This document shows, piece after piece, positions 31,080-44,642 of a stretch of DNA of 64,000 nucleotides. Position 1 is the first letter of the stretch. Each line of letters starts with the position of its first letter. The notes below the pieces were generated by a model. The model had not been told where the DNA came from. It saw nothing but the letters and a program-made list of their open reading frames with translations, and ran no database searches. Position numbers and translations under genes: made by a program. Source of the stretch: the human T2T-CHM13v2.0 reference genome, Homo sapiens. The stretch is from the NCBI RefSeq assembly GCF_009914755.1, contig NC_060936.1; one strand, given 5' to 3'.

Positions 31080-31285
31080 CTACAGGTTCTGGAACTAGAC
31101 TTCTGTTCAAATCCTGGCTCTAGCCCTAACTAGTTGTGTGATTTGAGGCAAGGAATTAGCCTTCGTTATCCCAATTTCCACAGTAGTTAAATCTGGATAA
31201 AAGCATGTATCTCAAAGAGTTGTTGTGAGTATTAAAAGATATGATTTAAAATACTGCCTACTACATCTTATGTAGTATATAAATG
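30728..31285 (+). mobile_element. MIR split by the AluY insertion
   Basis: gagtggttaagactacaggttctg | gaactagacttctgttcaaatcctggctctagccctaactagttgtgtgatttgaggcaag is a contiguous MIR 5' end once the Alu is removed. Confidence 0.75.
30766..31077 (+). mobile_element. AluY, full length
   Basis: Y diagnostics (gagaccatcctggctaacacgg, gaatggcgtgaacc, gagcttgcagtgagccgagatcgcg), most CpGs intact, A30 tail, perfect 16-bp TSD aagactacaggttctg at 30750-30765 and 31076-31091. Confidence 0.97.
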
Positions 31286-32689
31286 TCAGCTGTTGTTTAT
31301 ATCATTCTGTATCCTGATAAACTGCAACATTAGTTTGACAAATGTATCAATGCTTTAAAAAAGATAGTATATATTTTCTTAAAATAAAGGCATTATACAT
31401 TTCTGGGTTATGTATCCTTTGCTGTGTATAGCGCATATCTATACTTAGTTAGTATGTTTCTTCTTGAAGAGAATAAGATTTATACCTTTTTGTTAATTCT
31501 GTGTATCTCTAGCATTTAATCTGATGCCACATTTAATAAGAGCAAAATTAACATTCATTGACTCTGACTGAACATTAATGTCATATCAGATAACAAGAAA
31601 ACAGTTTTTATTAGAAAAACTGATTAAATTGAGTATTCACAACTAGTAGTGAAAATTGTACCTTACTGATTTAAATCACATCCACCTAAAGCATAACTAT
31701 TCCTTTAGCAGCAAATTTTAAAATTTTATGAAAATAAGTTTGTGAGAAGTAAACAGATTTCATTTTAACCTCAACTATTCTACTCAACTCTTCAGATCCC
31801 AGAAAATTACAGTAATACTAAATTGGAATAATGTCAGATGATGGAAAATTCAGATCCACATGGATAATTGTCTCATAAATAGAGAGTGGCTATGATTCTG
31901 GAGCTTTAAATATTCAAATCTAAAAGACAAGTGTCCCAGTGTTTTATAATGACTCACACAGTAATTTTTTCGCTATAAATTTAAATTATTTAAATTGAAT
32001 TATAATACAAAGTGCAAAATCAGATTTAACAGTTATTTATGTGAATTAGAATAATTTCTTCAGTGCTTTAAAAGAAAATGTACAAGCTTTGATATTCTTC
32101 AATTAAGTTATCAAATAACAATGTTGGCAATTCTTTCAATTGTAATATTAGCTGTAAAATAAAGGGTGAAAGAATGCCACTTTACTTCCAGTTTTGGGAC
32201 TGAGAACTGAACATGACCATTATACCCTTACCATTTATTACATGCCATTACTATTTCTTATGCATACCAACTACTTTTCAGTTCCTATATTTGGAATGTG
32301 TGGAAATTTTCTTCTTTAATTTGACATTTCTAATGTGGGGTAAACTGGTATGGAGTATCAGAATGCTATAGAAACAGCCATCTAGAAAGTGATAAGATGA
32401 TATGCAACAGAGAAAAGGGCAATTTTAGACATCAAAAAGCTTTTTCTTGGCTATTGATTGAAGGAAACCTGATTTTGAAAAAAAAAAATCCATAGGAAAA
32501 AATGTGTGGTGTTTGTGGGGTGGTGGTGGGCCAGTTACTCCAGTACAAGTTATTTTTGAGACAGTATTGTAAACATTATAGTTCACAAAAAGAATAACAA
32601 TGGAATTAGAGCTCATCAAACACTAATAAAGATATGTTTCCTAGTAAAGGATGTATTTCACTCATGGTACTGTAATGATAAATCCCATT

Positions 32690-33085
32690 TTCAGGTTAAG
32701 ACTGCATCTGGAGTATTGAAACTTGGAGCCACTTTCTAAGAGGGTAAATAGGAGGATAAGAAGTCTTTAACCATTTCTATTGAGGATAGGCTGCTGTAAT
32801 TACTGTGGAAAAGAGAAGGCTTACTGGGGGGCTATGAGAAGGCAGAAGTAGAACATTTGTTCTACTTGGGTGATGAATTAGAAGTGGAAAAAGATGAGAG
32901 GCAAAGACAAAGACAGCTCCTAGAATTGAAGCCTCTTACACCAAGCATGGTGTAAGTTGCCGTGCAAAGAAGTGAGTTCCCAAACGCTGTGAGTACTTTA
33001 GCAGAGGTGGCTCCATACCAGGGACTAAGGATTCCCGCTTGGGATAAAAGAGTAGAAGACTCTTGAGCAACTTTCTGATGGATAA
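32690..33085 (+). mobile_element. L3/CR1 LINE 3' relic
   Basis: agactgcatctggagtattg, gtgagttcccaaacgctgtgagtactttagcagagg, gattcccgcttgg resemble CR1/L3 3' motifs. Confidence 0.55.
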
Positions 33086-33169
33086 TTTGTGGGGAAAGTA
33101 TTCCTTGATATATTCTTTCTAACTAGGTATAAAGAATTGGAGCCACTATTTGTTGATTTTAGAAATAGT

Positions 33170-33300
33170 CAAAGAAAAAAAAAAAGACAAAAAAAAAAAA
33201 AAAAAAAAGAAAAGAAAGAAAAAGAAAAAGAAAATCCAGTTGGCAAAGATAGAGAAGGAAGCGGGGGGAAGGAGAAACCGAAAAAAAAGAGAATCCTTAT
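33170..33300. repeat. A-rich low-complexity tract
   Basis: Interrupted poly(A)/GAAA runs; source of the poly-Lys ORF 33089-33310. Confidence 0.85.
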
Positions 33301-33399
33301 AAAGTTTTAATCCCCTCACACATTTTTAAAAAACTTATTCTCATCAATTTATCCACTACATGTTATTATTATAAATATGATAGTCTGAGGATTGGTATT

Positions 33400-34330
33400 T
33401 AGATTGTTACTAAGTTATTTTTTACATACATTTTACATACACACACACATATACTGGTCACACACACATTCATTTTTGTGTTTGTGTGTTGCTGTCAGTT
33501 TTCTGTTTTTGTATTTGATATCTTGACAACAGTTAGACCAGTTCATTTAACTAGTTTTTAGTCTCACTGCCAGTATTCTGTGCCCCTACTTCCTTATTCA
33601 AGACTTGTCAGTTTTGATTCATTACTCAACCACATGGAGTGTATTTTCAAATAGTTTGTCTGATAAATAGAAGATTTGCATTATTGAAAATGTCTTTTTC
33701 TTACCTTTATATTTGAATAAAAGGGTGGCGCAATATAAACAATTATTGTTTGTCCAGTTATTTTCCCCTTAAAATTGTAGACACTGCTCAATATTTTCTT
33801 AGGAATGTAGTTTTACAAATGAGTGTGATGACAAATTCATGTTGTTTTATCACTGCTCACTAATTCCTTTTCCTGTCTTAATGCTTTTTGGCATTAATTG
33901 ATGCTTATACAAAAGAAAATCTAAGATGTCCATGGGTATATAATCTCATTTAATGAGAATCTTATGTAATTAGAATCTTATTTATTTAATTTGTATTCCT
34001 TTAACATGACAACAATCTCTTTTGACCTTCATATACAGCTTCACAAAGTTTTCTTTGATTATTAGCTTTTTCTTTAATTATTACCGTGTACTCAATTAAT
34101 ATTCATAATATCTTATTGCTTATTTTTATGGTTTCTTCACTAGTATACCTAAAAATCTTTGATTAGTGATCCATTTTTCATCCTCTATACAAGTTGTCCT
34201 ATTGCGTAATTCTTAGGTTTGCTTTTTTTTCTGTTAACTTTGGGAGAGTTTTTCAAGTTTGATGTATATGTTAGGGTTTTATCCACAGGATAAGTTGTGC
34301 TTCTTTTTCATCTGGTACAACTTTAGTTTC
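33400..34330 (-). mobile_element. Old L1 ORF1/HAL1-like fragment
   Basis: gaaaatgtctttttcttacctttatatttgaa is the antisense of an ORF1 C-terminal motif; T-rich antisense composition. Confidence 0.4.
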
Positions 34331-34349
34331 CTTGCAGTCCTTCCTCACT

Positions 34350-35770
34350 GAATTCATCCCAGCATATTGTCTTTGCTGGTGGCAATGTAAAGTGTTGCAA
34401 CATCTTTAGATTTGATCCTTGAACAACACAGCTTTGAACTGTGCAGGTCCACTTTTACACAGATTGTTTTGACAAATACATTGGAAATTTTTTGGAGATT
34501 TGTGACAGTTTGAAAAAATTGCAGATGAACCACATAGATTAGAAATATCAAAAAAAATAAGAAAGAGTTAGGGATGTCATAAATGTATAAAATATATGTA
34601 GATACTAGTCTATTTTATCATTTACTACCATAAAACACAAAAAAATTTATTATAAACAGTTAAAATGTATCAAAACTTGTGCACACAAACACAAATTGTA
34701 CATGGCACTATTGGGAGTCCAGAGAAAAATAAACAAATATAAAGATGCAGTATTAAATTAAAACTGCATAAAATTAACTGTAGTACATACTGTACTTGTA
34801 TAATAATTTTGTAGTTACCTTCTGTTGCTATTGGGATTAGCTCAAATGTTGCAAGTATTTGCTTAAAACATCACGTGACCCTGAGCCATTCATCTCTCCA
34901 GTCAATTGCAAATAAAAAAAAGTAAAAAGTGATCTCTCATGGTTCTCATGTATTTGTCATCATGTTTAGTGCAATACTGTAAACCTGAATAATACCATGG
35001 GATCCAAAGTGCCACTAGTGATGCTGGAAGTGCTCCCAAGAAGCAGAGAAAAGTTATACAAGAAAAAGTTGAATTGCTTGATACTTACCATAGATTGAGA
35101 TTTTTGCAGTTCGGGTTGCTTGCCATTTCAGACGGATGATTCATCTTGTAAACAGACAATATAAACTTACAGTATCAATAAGTATAGTACTGTAAATGTA
35201 TTTTCCCTTCCTTGTGATTTATAATATTTTCTTTTCTCTAGCTTACCTTAGCATAAGAATACAATATATAATGCATATAACATACGAAATATGTGTTGAA
35301 TGACGGTTTATATTATTGGTAAGTTTCTAGTCAACAGTAGGCTAATATTAGTTAATTTTCTGAGAAGTCAAAAGTTATATGAGGATTTTTTCGACTAGGG
35401 GTTGGTATCCCTAAACTCCATGTTGTTCAAGAGTCAACTGTACAAGTTAAACATATACCTACATATGACACAGCCAATTTACTCCTTGGTATTCACCCAA
35501 GGAGATATAAAAACATATGTCCACACTAAGAGTTGTACTCAAATATTCATAGATACATCATTCAGAATTTTCAGAAACTAGAAAGAGCATAAATGAATGT
35601 TCATTCATAAGTGAGTGGATGAACAATTTGTGATGTATTCATAAAATGAAATACTACTCATAAATAAAAAAGGAATAAACTGCTGATATCCATAGCAAAA
35701 TAAATAGATCTGAGAAATATACTGAATGAAAGAAACAAGACACCAAATAGTACATCTATATGATTCCATA
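34350..35770 (+). mobile_element. L1ME/MC-type 3' fragment interrupted by Tigger2b
   Basis: ttgctggtggcaatgtaaagtgttgcaac left of the Tigger; aagttaaacatatacctacatatgacacagc...aaaacatatgtccacac...aaatactactcataaataaaaaaggaataaactgctgat right of it. Confidence 0.75.
34409..35440 (+). mobile_element. Tigger2b-like TcMar DNA transposon (about 1.03 kb)
   Basis: TIRs ttgatccttgaacaacacagctttgaactgtgcaggtccac / tgttgttcaagagtcaactg followed by TA; same ends as the Tigger2a copy at 20777. Confidence 0.88.
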
Positions 35771-35974
35771 TGTATATTATAATAAAGCTTATTAATAAGC
35801 TTTCATATCTTATAAATAAGAATAGGATGCAATAAAAGTTAAAATAATGACCATATCTCCATAATCATTTGCTGTGGAAACAAGAAGTATATTTCTAAAA
35901 CACTGTTTGGCATCATCAGTATAATACAAGAAGAAGAGGTAGAAACTGTAAGGAGACATCAGTAGAGATAAAAG

Positions 35975-36400
35975 GATGGTATTACTTAATGACACATGTT
36001 CATGGACTGTCAGACTTAATATTATTAAGTTGTCATTTTTAACTGAAATGATCTCTAGAGCTAAAACAATACCAATAAAGATTCTACGTTATTTTCTTTT
36101 TGTAAAAATCAACAAAAATTATTTGGAAATGCAAATCACTTAGGATAACCAAATCATTTTATTTTTCAAAATAAGAAAGAAAGCTATTTCCATACATTAT
36201 CTGATTGAGTTACTATAAAGCTACAGTTATTAAAACAGTGTGATATGATGAAAGGATAGATATGTAGATCAATGGAAGAGAGCAGAGAATGCGGAAGTAG
36301 ACCCACACAGATATGGTACATTGATTTTTGACAATGATGCCAAGGCAATTCTATGAGACAAGGAAAGATTTTTCAACAAATGGTTCTCTAACAATTGAAA
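35975..36400 (+). mobile_element. Old L1M ORF2 fragment
   Basis: tactataaagctacagttattaaaacagtgtg, gatagatatgtagatcaatggaagag, ttgatttttgacaatgatgccaaggcaatt, tttcaacaaatgg. Confidence 0.8.
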
Positions 36401-37399
36401 AGCTTTTATTTATTTTTTAATAGAGACTATTACTCCCAGAATGCATACACATTTGTTTCCCATCTTTATTTTCTGCTTGGACTTTGACTACAAATGGAAT
36501 ATGAAAGACTGGAGTGAAGGGTAGTTGGTAAAGGAAGACATTACAGGTATCTACCCGATGGAAAATTGTTGTGTAGTTCTAGTTTTTCAAGGCTTTGATT
36601 TTCTGAACAGGAAGTAGAGGGGTAAACTAGAAAACTCATGTTTTACAAACTTCTTTCAAGGAAACAACTTCTGTTTAATCAGTGGACGCATATATAGAAC
36701 ACTGAATGCTTTTTTGCAACCGAATTTTAAGGAGATTATAGAGTATCAAACCTCCCGTAATGTTCTAGATAGGTTCTTTGCCATAGTCTTTTAATGTGGT
36801 TTGATTTTTTTTTTTAATTTTCATTGATTTAAATGATATGCTAATAAAAAGCTGAGGGAAGATGTGTCATAAAACTAATAACAATAATGTTTAGTATATT
36901 TATGTGTTTTATTTAAAAATCAGAAGTTGTAGTGAACTTTTTTTGAAGATGTAAACTTAAAAGAGTACAGTGGTCCTAAAATACATCATAAGAGTGTTGT
37001 TTGGTACTAGATAACTCTATCTTTCTGTGAAATATTTGCATTTCAAAGGGTAAGCCATCACCTTATCTGTGTGTCTCATTTTGGACAGTGAGGTGCTGCT
37101 ACATAAGTGTGATAAGGAACACTAATGTCGCCTCATGTTATCTTAAAAATTAATGATCTAGAATGGAAGTGTTGTCTTTTGGTTTAAACCTAAGGGTTGC
37201 AGTAATTTTTGCTGGTTTTAATATCTGAGTATCAAATTAGTCATTAAAACCAATACTTTGTTAATGGTAAGTATTGTATCATTCTTTCTGCATGCAACTG
37301 AGGTTTTCTTTTGTCATCTTATATAGCAGTTTGGACCACTTAGCCAGGTGGCATTCATTGGTTCTTGTAAAAACTGGGAATATTTGAGTCAGTTTGGTG

Positions 37400-37800
37400 A
37401 CTGAAAGAGACAATGATGAAGGAGCAAAGACCAATTGATAGGACAGATTGCCTAGGGGAAGACTGGGGGTAAGCAATGAACACAGATAAAACATATTGCC
37501 TTAGAAAATGTGGTTGAATGTAAGGACACATGGATATGAAGATAACCAGATATTCAGGGGGAGAGAAAGGAGATAGTAAGACATCATGCCCGGGACCATA
37601 ATCTCTGGAAATTAAGAAGCAGGACCATCTGCTTAGTAAATACTCCTTGATGAGTTGAAGGCATCTTGGGAGGGAAGGAAAACTGAGGACATTTTATGAC
37701 AGTAAGAGAGCTTGGGTTCAATTGTGGTGAAGAATGCAATAAGGAGTCAATTAGGACTGAATCAAAGGCTTGTGAGCAACAGTGAGGTCTCGTTGAGGTT
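37400..37800 (-). mobile_element. Degenerate L2 fragment
   Basis: Purine-rich sequence with L2-like motifs (taggggaagactgggggtaag, ttcaattgtggtgaagaatgcaataaggagtca). Confidence 0.35.
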
Positions 37801-38219
37801 ACATGTGTATTCTGAATCAATCAGCATGACTTTGTAACCCTCTGGTAGTCCTTGACAGAGAGGGACAAAGAAGAATACACTTCCAAAATAAATGGAATAA
37901 CAGTGAACTCTCAAGTGCATAGGAGACCAGGGATTTATCTGGGTAAATGGCACAGGGGTCAAGAAAGCTCAGCTATAAAAACAGACTAGAAATCCAGGCA
38001 GACCCACAAAATTGGTTAAAGACTTAAGGTAAAAAAAAAAAAAAAAAAAAGGAACATGTCTATCCTATAATCCAGTAGTAAATTATGGTAACCTGATGCA
38101 CAGTCAGCAAGCTGATAATAATAACTGTATTAAAATAGCAGTCGAAAGAAAAAAAAAATCTCTAGTATGGTTTCTACCATTGGCTGATGGCTACTCTGAG
38201 CTGTGTACTTTACCTACAT

Positions 38220-38345
38220 CAGGAGTTGGCAAACATTTTCTCACGGGGATAGATAGTAAATATATTTGGCTTAGCAAACCATATGGTCTCTGTCACAATT
38301 ACTCCTCAGTACTCTGTGAAAACAGCCTTAGACAATACACAAATG
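38220..38345 (+). mobile_element. MER58A-like hAT fragment
   Basis: caggagttggcaaacatttt...gatagtaaatatatttggctt...catatggtctctgtcacaattactc...cagccttagacaatac. Confidence 0.75.
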
Positions 38346-39244
38346 TATTAACATGAAAACCACAAGTGGTTGCCTAGAAACACTAGTGGGAAATCCCCAT
38401 CAGAAGTCAACACAGACAAGCTGCACCTGTTTCGTATAAACAGTGATGAGGGCATTGTAAAAATGGGTTTCCTGGCCTACTGGGATGTTAAGGAGCTGTT
38501 TTCAATCTACCTACAAGTACATCTATATGTGTGCATATATGGATGTGTATACTATATTACATAACTAATACTGTGTTGGGCCCTATGAGAATTATGTAGA
38601 AATTAAATAAATAATCTTTGTCTTCTGAGAAATGTCATTCTATTTGGAGGAAGAGATGGAGAAAGGAGGATTGAGGGAATGGAAGTAATTATAACATTTG
38701 ATATAGCTGAACAGTGGATTTACTGATAAAAAGTGACACAATGACTTTGAATACAGAAAGCTAGTACATTAGGAAGGAATATTTCTCTGCCCTTGAAGTT
38801 GAGGTGATTCAAAGAAGTAGCCAACTGGGAACTCTCTTCTTACATATATCATTTCAGCTACTCTCTTTCTTTGGAGAGATGAAACAATGGCTTATTTTTC
38901 CTGTGTTACTATTTCTACTTCTTAGTTCTGCTGCATGTCATATAGTCTCAATAGTTATTAAAATGCAAAGAAAAATGAAAAATTAGAGGGACACTTGTCA
39001 AACTCAATTGCACTTTGACAGGTATGATTTTGGTCTCCTAAAATGTTTTAGGCCTTGAAAATAGTATCTTGCTACATTTGATATGGACTCTTTTTCTTCT
39101 TAACTTTAAGTAAACATTTTATTGAATTATAATGTACATTTACGTAACAATAGATATCTTGAGTCTGTTGTTTATGTTTTGTGAAATTTGTCTAAAAAAT
39201 AGTGTAGTAGATAAATTTTACTGTTTGCCAGATTAAAACATTGA

Positions 39245-40098
39245 TTTTTTCATGTCTTTTGGCTGCATAAATGTCTTCTTTTGAGAAGTGTCTGTTCATA
39301 TCCTTCATCCACTTGTTGATGGGGTTGTTTGTTTTTCACTGACCATCAGAGAAATGCAAATCAAAACCACAATGAGATACCATCTCACACCAGTTAGAAT
39401 GGTGATCATTAAAAAGTCAGGAAACAACAGGTGCTGGAGAGGATGTGGAGAAATAGGTACACTTTTACACTGTTGGTGGGACTGTAAACTAGTTCAACCA
39501 TTGTGGAAGTCAGTGTGGCGATTCCTCAGGGATGTAGAACTAGAAATACCATTTGACCCAGCCATCCCATTACTGGGTATACACCCAAAGGACTATAAAT
39601 CATGCTGCTATAAAGACACATGCACATGCATGTTTATTGTGGCACTATTCACAATAGCAAAGACTTGGAACCAACCCAAATGTCCATCAATGATAGACTG
39701 GATTAAGGAAATGTGGCACATATACACCATGGAATACTAAGCAGCCATAAAAAATGATGAGTTCATGTCCTTTGTGGGGACATGGATGAAGCTGGAAACC
39801 ATCATTCTCAGCAAACTATTGCAAAGACAAAAAACCAAACACTGCATGTTCTCACTCATAGGTGGGAATTGAACAATGAGAACACATGGACACAGGAAGG
39901 GGAACATCACACTCTGGGGCCTGTTGTGGGGTTGGGGGATGGGGGAGGGATAGCGTTAGGAGATATACCTAATGTTACATGACGAGATAATGGGTGCAGC
40001 ACACCAACATGGCACCTGTATACATATGTAACAAACCTGCACGTTGTGCACGTGTACCCTAAAACTTAAAGTATAATAAAAAATAAAAATAAAAAAAA
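39245..40098 (+). mobile_element. 5'-truncated L1PA with a short 5' inversion (39245-39336 inverted; 39336-40098 sense)
   Basis: ORF2 C-terminus ([19 protein letters not shown]...[16 protein letters not shown]), 3' UTR and poly(A); TSD aaaacattgatttt 39235-39248 vs aaaaaattgatttt 40093-40106. Confidence 0.95.
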
Positions 40099-40509
40099 TT
40101 GATTTTAAGTCTTAATAATTATGTTTCAAAAGTAATCAGAAAGTAGCATGTGAATATAACAATGGTATATATGTGCTTCATTTTGATATCATAGAAGAGC
40201 ATTCTGGAAGGGTCCAGTGCTATCTCCTGCTACTGGTGATTTTATAATAAAATACAATCTGTGATTTTTGGTGGAAAATTATATCAGTCATTCAGTGTCA
40301 TGGTGGTTCCTCTATAAAGCTGCTAGAGCAATTTGGTTGCCACATTCATTGTGCATGTTCCATCTGTGGTTTGATTTACTTGCTGTCAAATCCAAGATTT
40401 ACATTATTCTATATGACAAAAATTAATGTATACATCAAGCTTTCAAGATTATGGATAAGATTCAAATTGCCCTTTTAAATTACATTATACTTTTAAATTA
40501 AGATGAATG

Positions 40510-41078
40510 CTGGCAAGACATGAAAACAACCTCAGTGTCTGTTGATGGATGAATGGATAAAGAAAATGTGGTGGACATGTATACAATGGAATATTATTCA
40601 GCCATGAATAAGAAAATCCTAACATTTGTGACAGCATAAATGAAACTGAGGACATGATGCTAAGTGAAATAAATCAGGCAGGAAAAGACAAACACTGAAT
40701 AATCTCACTTAGATGTGGGGTCTACAAGAGTCCAACTTAAAGAGTAGGATAGTGGTTACCAGGGCCTAGGGCTTGGGGGAGATGGGGAGATGTTGGTCAA
40801 AGGGTACACACTTTCTGTTATAAATAAGTTCTAGAGATCTACTGTACAGCATGGTGACTCTAGTCAGTGATATTGTATTGTGTGTTTGAAACTTGCTAAG
40901 AGAAAAGAGCTTAAATGTTCTCACCACAAAATAAAAGTAAAATTGACAACTAGGTGAGGTGATGTCTAACTGTATAATCATTTCACAATATATATGTGAA
41001 TTAAATCGTTACATTACACATGTTAAATGTATACAATTTTATTTGTCAATTATACTTCTGTAAAGCGGGAGAAAAAAA
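40510..41078 (+). mobile_element. L1MA8/9-like 3' end
   Basis: gatgaatggataaagaaaatgtgg, gatggggagatgttggtcaaagggtaca, ttctagagatctactgtacagcatggtgact, atttgtcaattatac followed by an A tail. Confidence 0.85.
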
Positions 41079-41539
41079 GGTAAGTGTGATGTACAAACTC
41101 ATACTAGAAACCATCCACGTTGTTGGAAATGAGCTATGCATGCCACCAAGTGAAGTGAGAAAGATTCTCCCACCTTAGTTTTACCCAGAACTACTGGAAA
41201 GATGTGTTATTGTTCAACAGTGACAGACATGATAAAGGACTACTTCATATGAACTACATTTCTAATGAGAACAGAGTCCAATGAACAGAAAAAGAAATAT
41301 CATTATATATGGAAGGGCAATGTCACATTTCTAACGATTCTGTTACGTTGAGATATTCAGGGATCAAACCTAGTAGGGTTCAGCCCTGTAATGGGGCTTA
41401 ACATTTAGAACAATTTAAAAATATTAAAACTTAGATGAAGTTATAAAAGATGTTACAGATGAGAAAAAGATGAAAATGAGTATTAATATGATGGATGGGA
41501 AAGGCCATACACAAAGTTAATCTGCTGAGTTGATGGGTT

Positions 41540-42030
41540 GCATCAAAATTATGGGACTGAATTTAAATGTAAATATGTTTTAAAATCTATTTAGACAATT
41601 TAAGATAGTGAAGATATAGCTTGATAACAAATATTTTTTGAAAAGGTTCAGCTAGGCTTTTTTTAATGTCTATAAGTTTAATATGAGCCAGAAATATGAA
41701 GTGCCTGCTAAAAATAAAAATAAAAACCTTAGGCATAATAGCAATACAGTAAAGATCAAAAGAAGTCATGCACTTGTTGCATTCTGTGATATTTAGACCA
41801 CATCCAGCAGGTTGTGCTGCTGTCTTTGGGCCATATTTTAAGAGAGTGCTCGCTGTATATATCAGAGTGGGTCTAAAAGAGGCTGACCAGGTGTTTTCTA
41901 AAATATTTGATTTACCAATGTAACAGATGCTAGAGTTCTTTTCTTTCAAGTTAAAGCTTTAAGGAGTAGACTTGAGTCCCCTGGGAAGTCATGGGCAGCT
42001 GCTGCTAGAGAGATATATTTCAGGTGATTC
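41540..42030 (+). mobile_element. L3/CR1 relic
   Basis: aagtttaatatgagccag, attctgtgatatttagaccacatccagcaggttgtg...ctttgggccatattttaagagag resemble CR1 RT 3' motifs. Confidence 0.5.
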
Positions 42031-42115
42031 TGCAGTTCAATAAAGTCAAAGATGCCAAGTTATTTTAATACAGTATAAATGAAAATTATGGGAAGGAGTA
42101 AAGATAACCTCTGTT

Positions 42116-42618
<503 letters not shown>

Positions 42619-43396
42619 AAAGATAACCCTGGGTAAGTACAGAGCTGGGAGGGATATAGGACATGACTGTCTTGTTTGGCTTTCTGGGCCTTGTAAAGCA
42701 AATGGATCTCAGGGCTCCATTTAAAGTCTGAAGTGGATTTTAATAATTGTGGTATACAGTGACAAGTGATACAATAGCATATGGCAAGTCATGCTGTTAG
42801 CATTAAAAAGGGAAAGATAAATACTTTCATATAGATTTTATTCCAAATCTGGCAAAAAATAATTTAAGAAAGGCAGAATGTAGCACTCACAGCAAGTGAT
42901 AATCAATTTTCAAAGTTTTTAGGAACTAACAGAATGGCAGTTTTTAAAACTATAATTTGCTTAGAATTGAAAATGAGGGTGCCTCTGGCTACAAGACTTA
43001 TTCTTATTTGCTATAGATTCCTGCAGTCTCACAACTAACTGTGAGAATTTTCTTTTTCTCTTTTTGTTTTGTTTATTAACGAGTTGGGCTAAAGGGTTTT
43101 GTTATGTATAGTTTCACAAACACATAGATCTTAGTTTGAATGAACTGGTCCTATTTCTTTAGAATCCTTTAGGCATATGAAAGTTGAGTTTGGTGTTGGT
43201 CAGGACAAGGTAAACATACGCTGGATAATAAAAGGCACAAAAAAGTTGACTAATGGGTTATACTCTTATGAGCTTTTCTACTTCAAAAATACTAGCCTCT
43301 TTGTAGCCTCTTTTCGTAGAGCTATCTTTGAAAGGACTTCTTTTTCTCCTCAAATCCAGTATCTACCCCTGCCTAGGCATATCTACCTATACACAT

Positions 43397-43761
43397 TGAT
43401 ATGGTTTGGCTGTGTCCCTGCCCAAATCTCATTTGAATTGTAGTTCTCGTAACTACATTTGGGAGAGATCTGGTGGGAGGTAATTGAATAATGGGGGCGG
43501 TTACCCTCATGCTGTTCTCATGATAGTGAGTTCTCACAATATCTGATGTTTTTATAAGGGACTTTTCCCCCTTTTACTCACTCACTTTCCTTCCTTCCAC
43601 CATGTGAAGAAGGACGTGTTTGCTTCCCTTTCTACCATGATGGTAAATTTCCTGAGGCCCCCCCAGCCATGCCTAACTGTGAATCAATTAAACCTCTTTC
43701 CTTTATAAATTAACCAGTCTCAGTTATGTCTTTATTAGCAGCATGAGAATGGACTAATACA
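43397..43761 (+). mobile_element. THE1 (THE1D-like) MaLR solo LTR
   Basis: tgatatggtttggctgtgtcc...attaaacctctttcctttataaat...ggactaataca; 5-bp TSD cacat (43392-96) / tacat (43762-66). Confidence 0.92.
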
Positions 43762-44479
43762 TACATTGTTCCTTTATAATCTAGAAGCATTATATCAATG
43801 TGAGCATATACATTTTGTATTCTTAAATTACACAATACAATTTACACATTGTTCAATTGAAGTTTTTTTCTTTCATAACCGAGCTTATACGCAGTTGTTC
43901 TGTGACATTAACACATTGAAGTTATTCTTGGTTTGTTATTTAAGAAAATATTGGAAATATTAGATGTCTTCAGGGAGATATTTTTTAAAACATATTACCA
44001 GATGGGTGAATATTTCTCCTTTCCAAGAATATAAAATTGGTGACTCATTTTTATCTTTGGTTTTCCACTGTAAAGAATGGGTGTCAGCTTCCTATGTAAT
44101 TTTGATTTGTTTATCCAGCAGTTTTGTTTGTCTGTGCGCTTTTCTGTGTGCCAATTGTGGTCAATATTTGGTTTCCATAAAAGGTATGAGTTTTCTTTGA
44201 GGCTATCTTTTCTTACCATTGCCAAACCCACAACTGATGCACCATTACTTTGACTTTTGTTCTTAATTTAAACTTGGCACGGATCCTGTCTTTGGTGTAA
44301 AACATAAAACATACTCTGTTTTGACATGGAAGCTGGGAAGGAAACTATTTGTTTGACATTTTCTAAAGGGATCTATAGACAGGATGTTTGTGTCGCTTTT
44401 ATAGGGACGCAACTACTACCTGAATGTACAAATACCCACGAGTTCAGGGTTGGCACGGCTATTAACAAATAAAAGTAGC

Positions 44480-44615
44480 CGAGAGTCCATTTTTCTTAGT
44501 TTATAGATAAAAACAGATGAAGACACATCAAAATCACTCAGTTTAATGGAACGCTGGAATGCAGAGCAATCAGGACAGATACTAGTCTCAAGTCCAATGG
44601 CTTTTCACTGCTGCA
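44480..44615 (-). mobile_element. Degenerate MIR
   Basis: tttatagataaaaacag...aaaatcactcagtttaatgg...tctcaagtccaatggcttttcactg. Confidence 0.4.
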
Positions 44616-44642
44616 ATTCTACCGAACTGACTCCTTACTGTA

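Noticed and set aside
33089-33310. Lysine-rich ORF
   Set aside because: It is a translation of an A-rich low-complexity tract.
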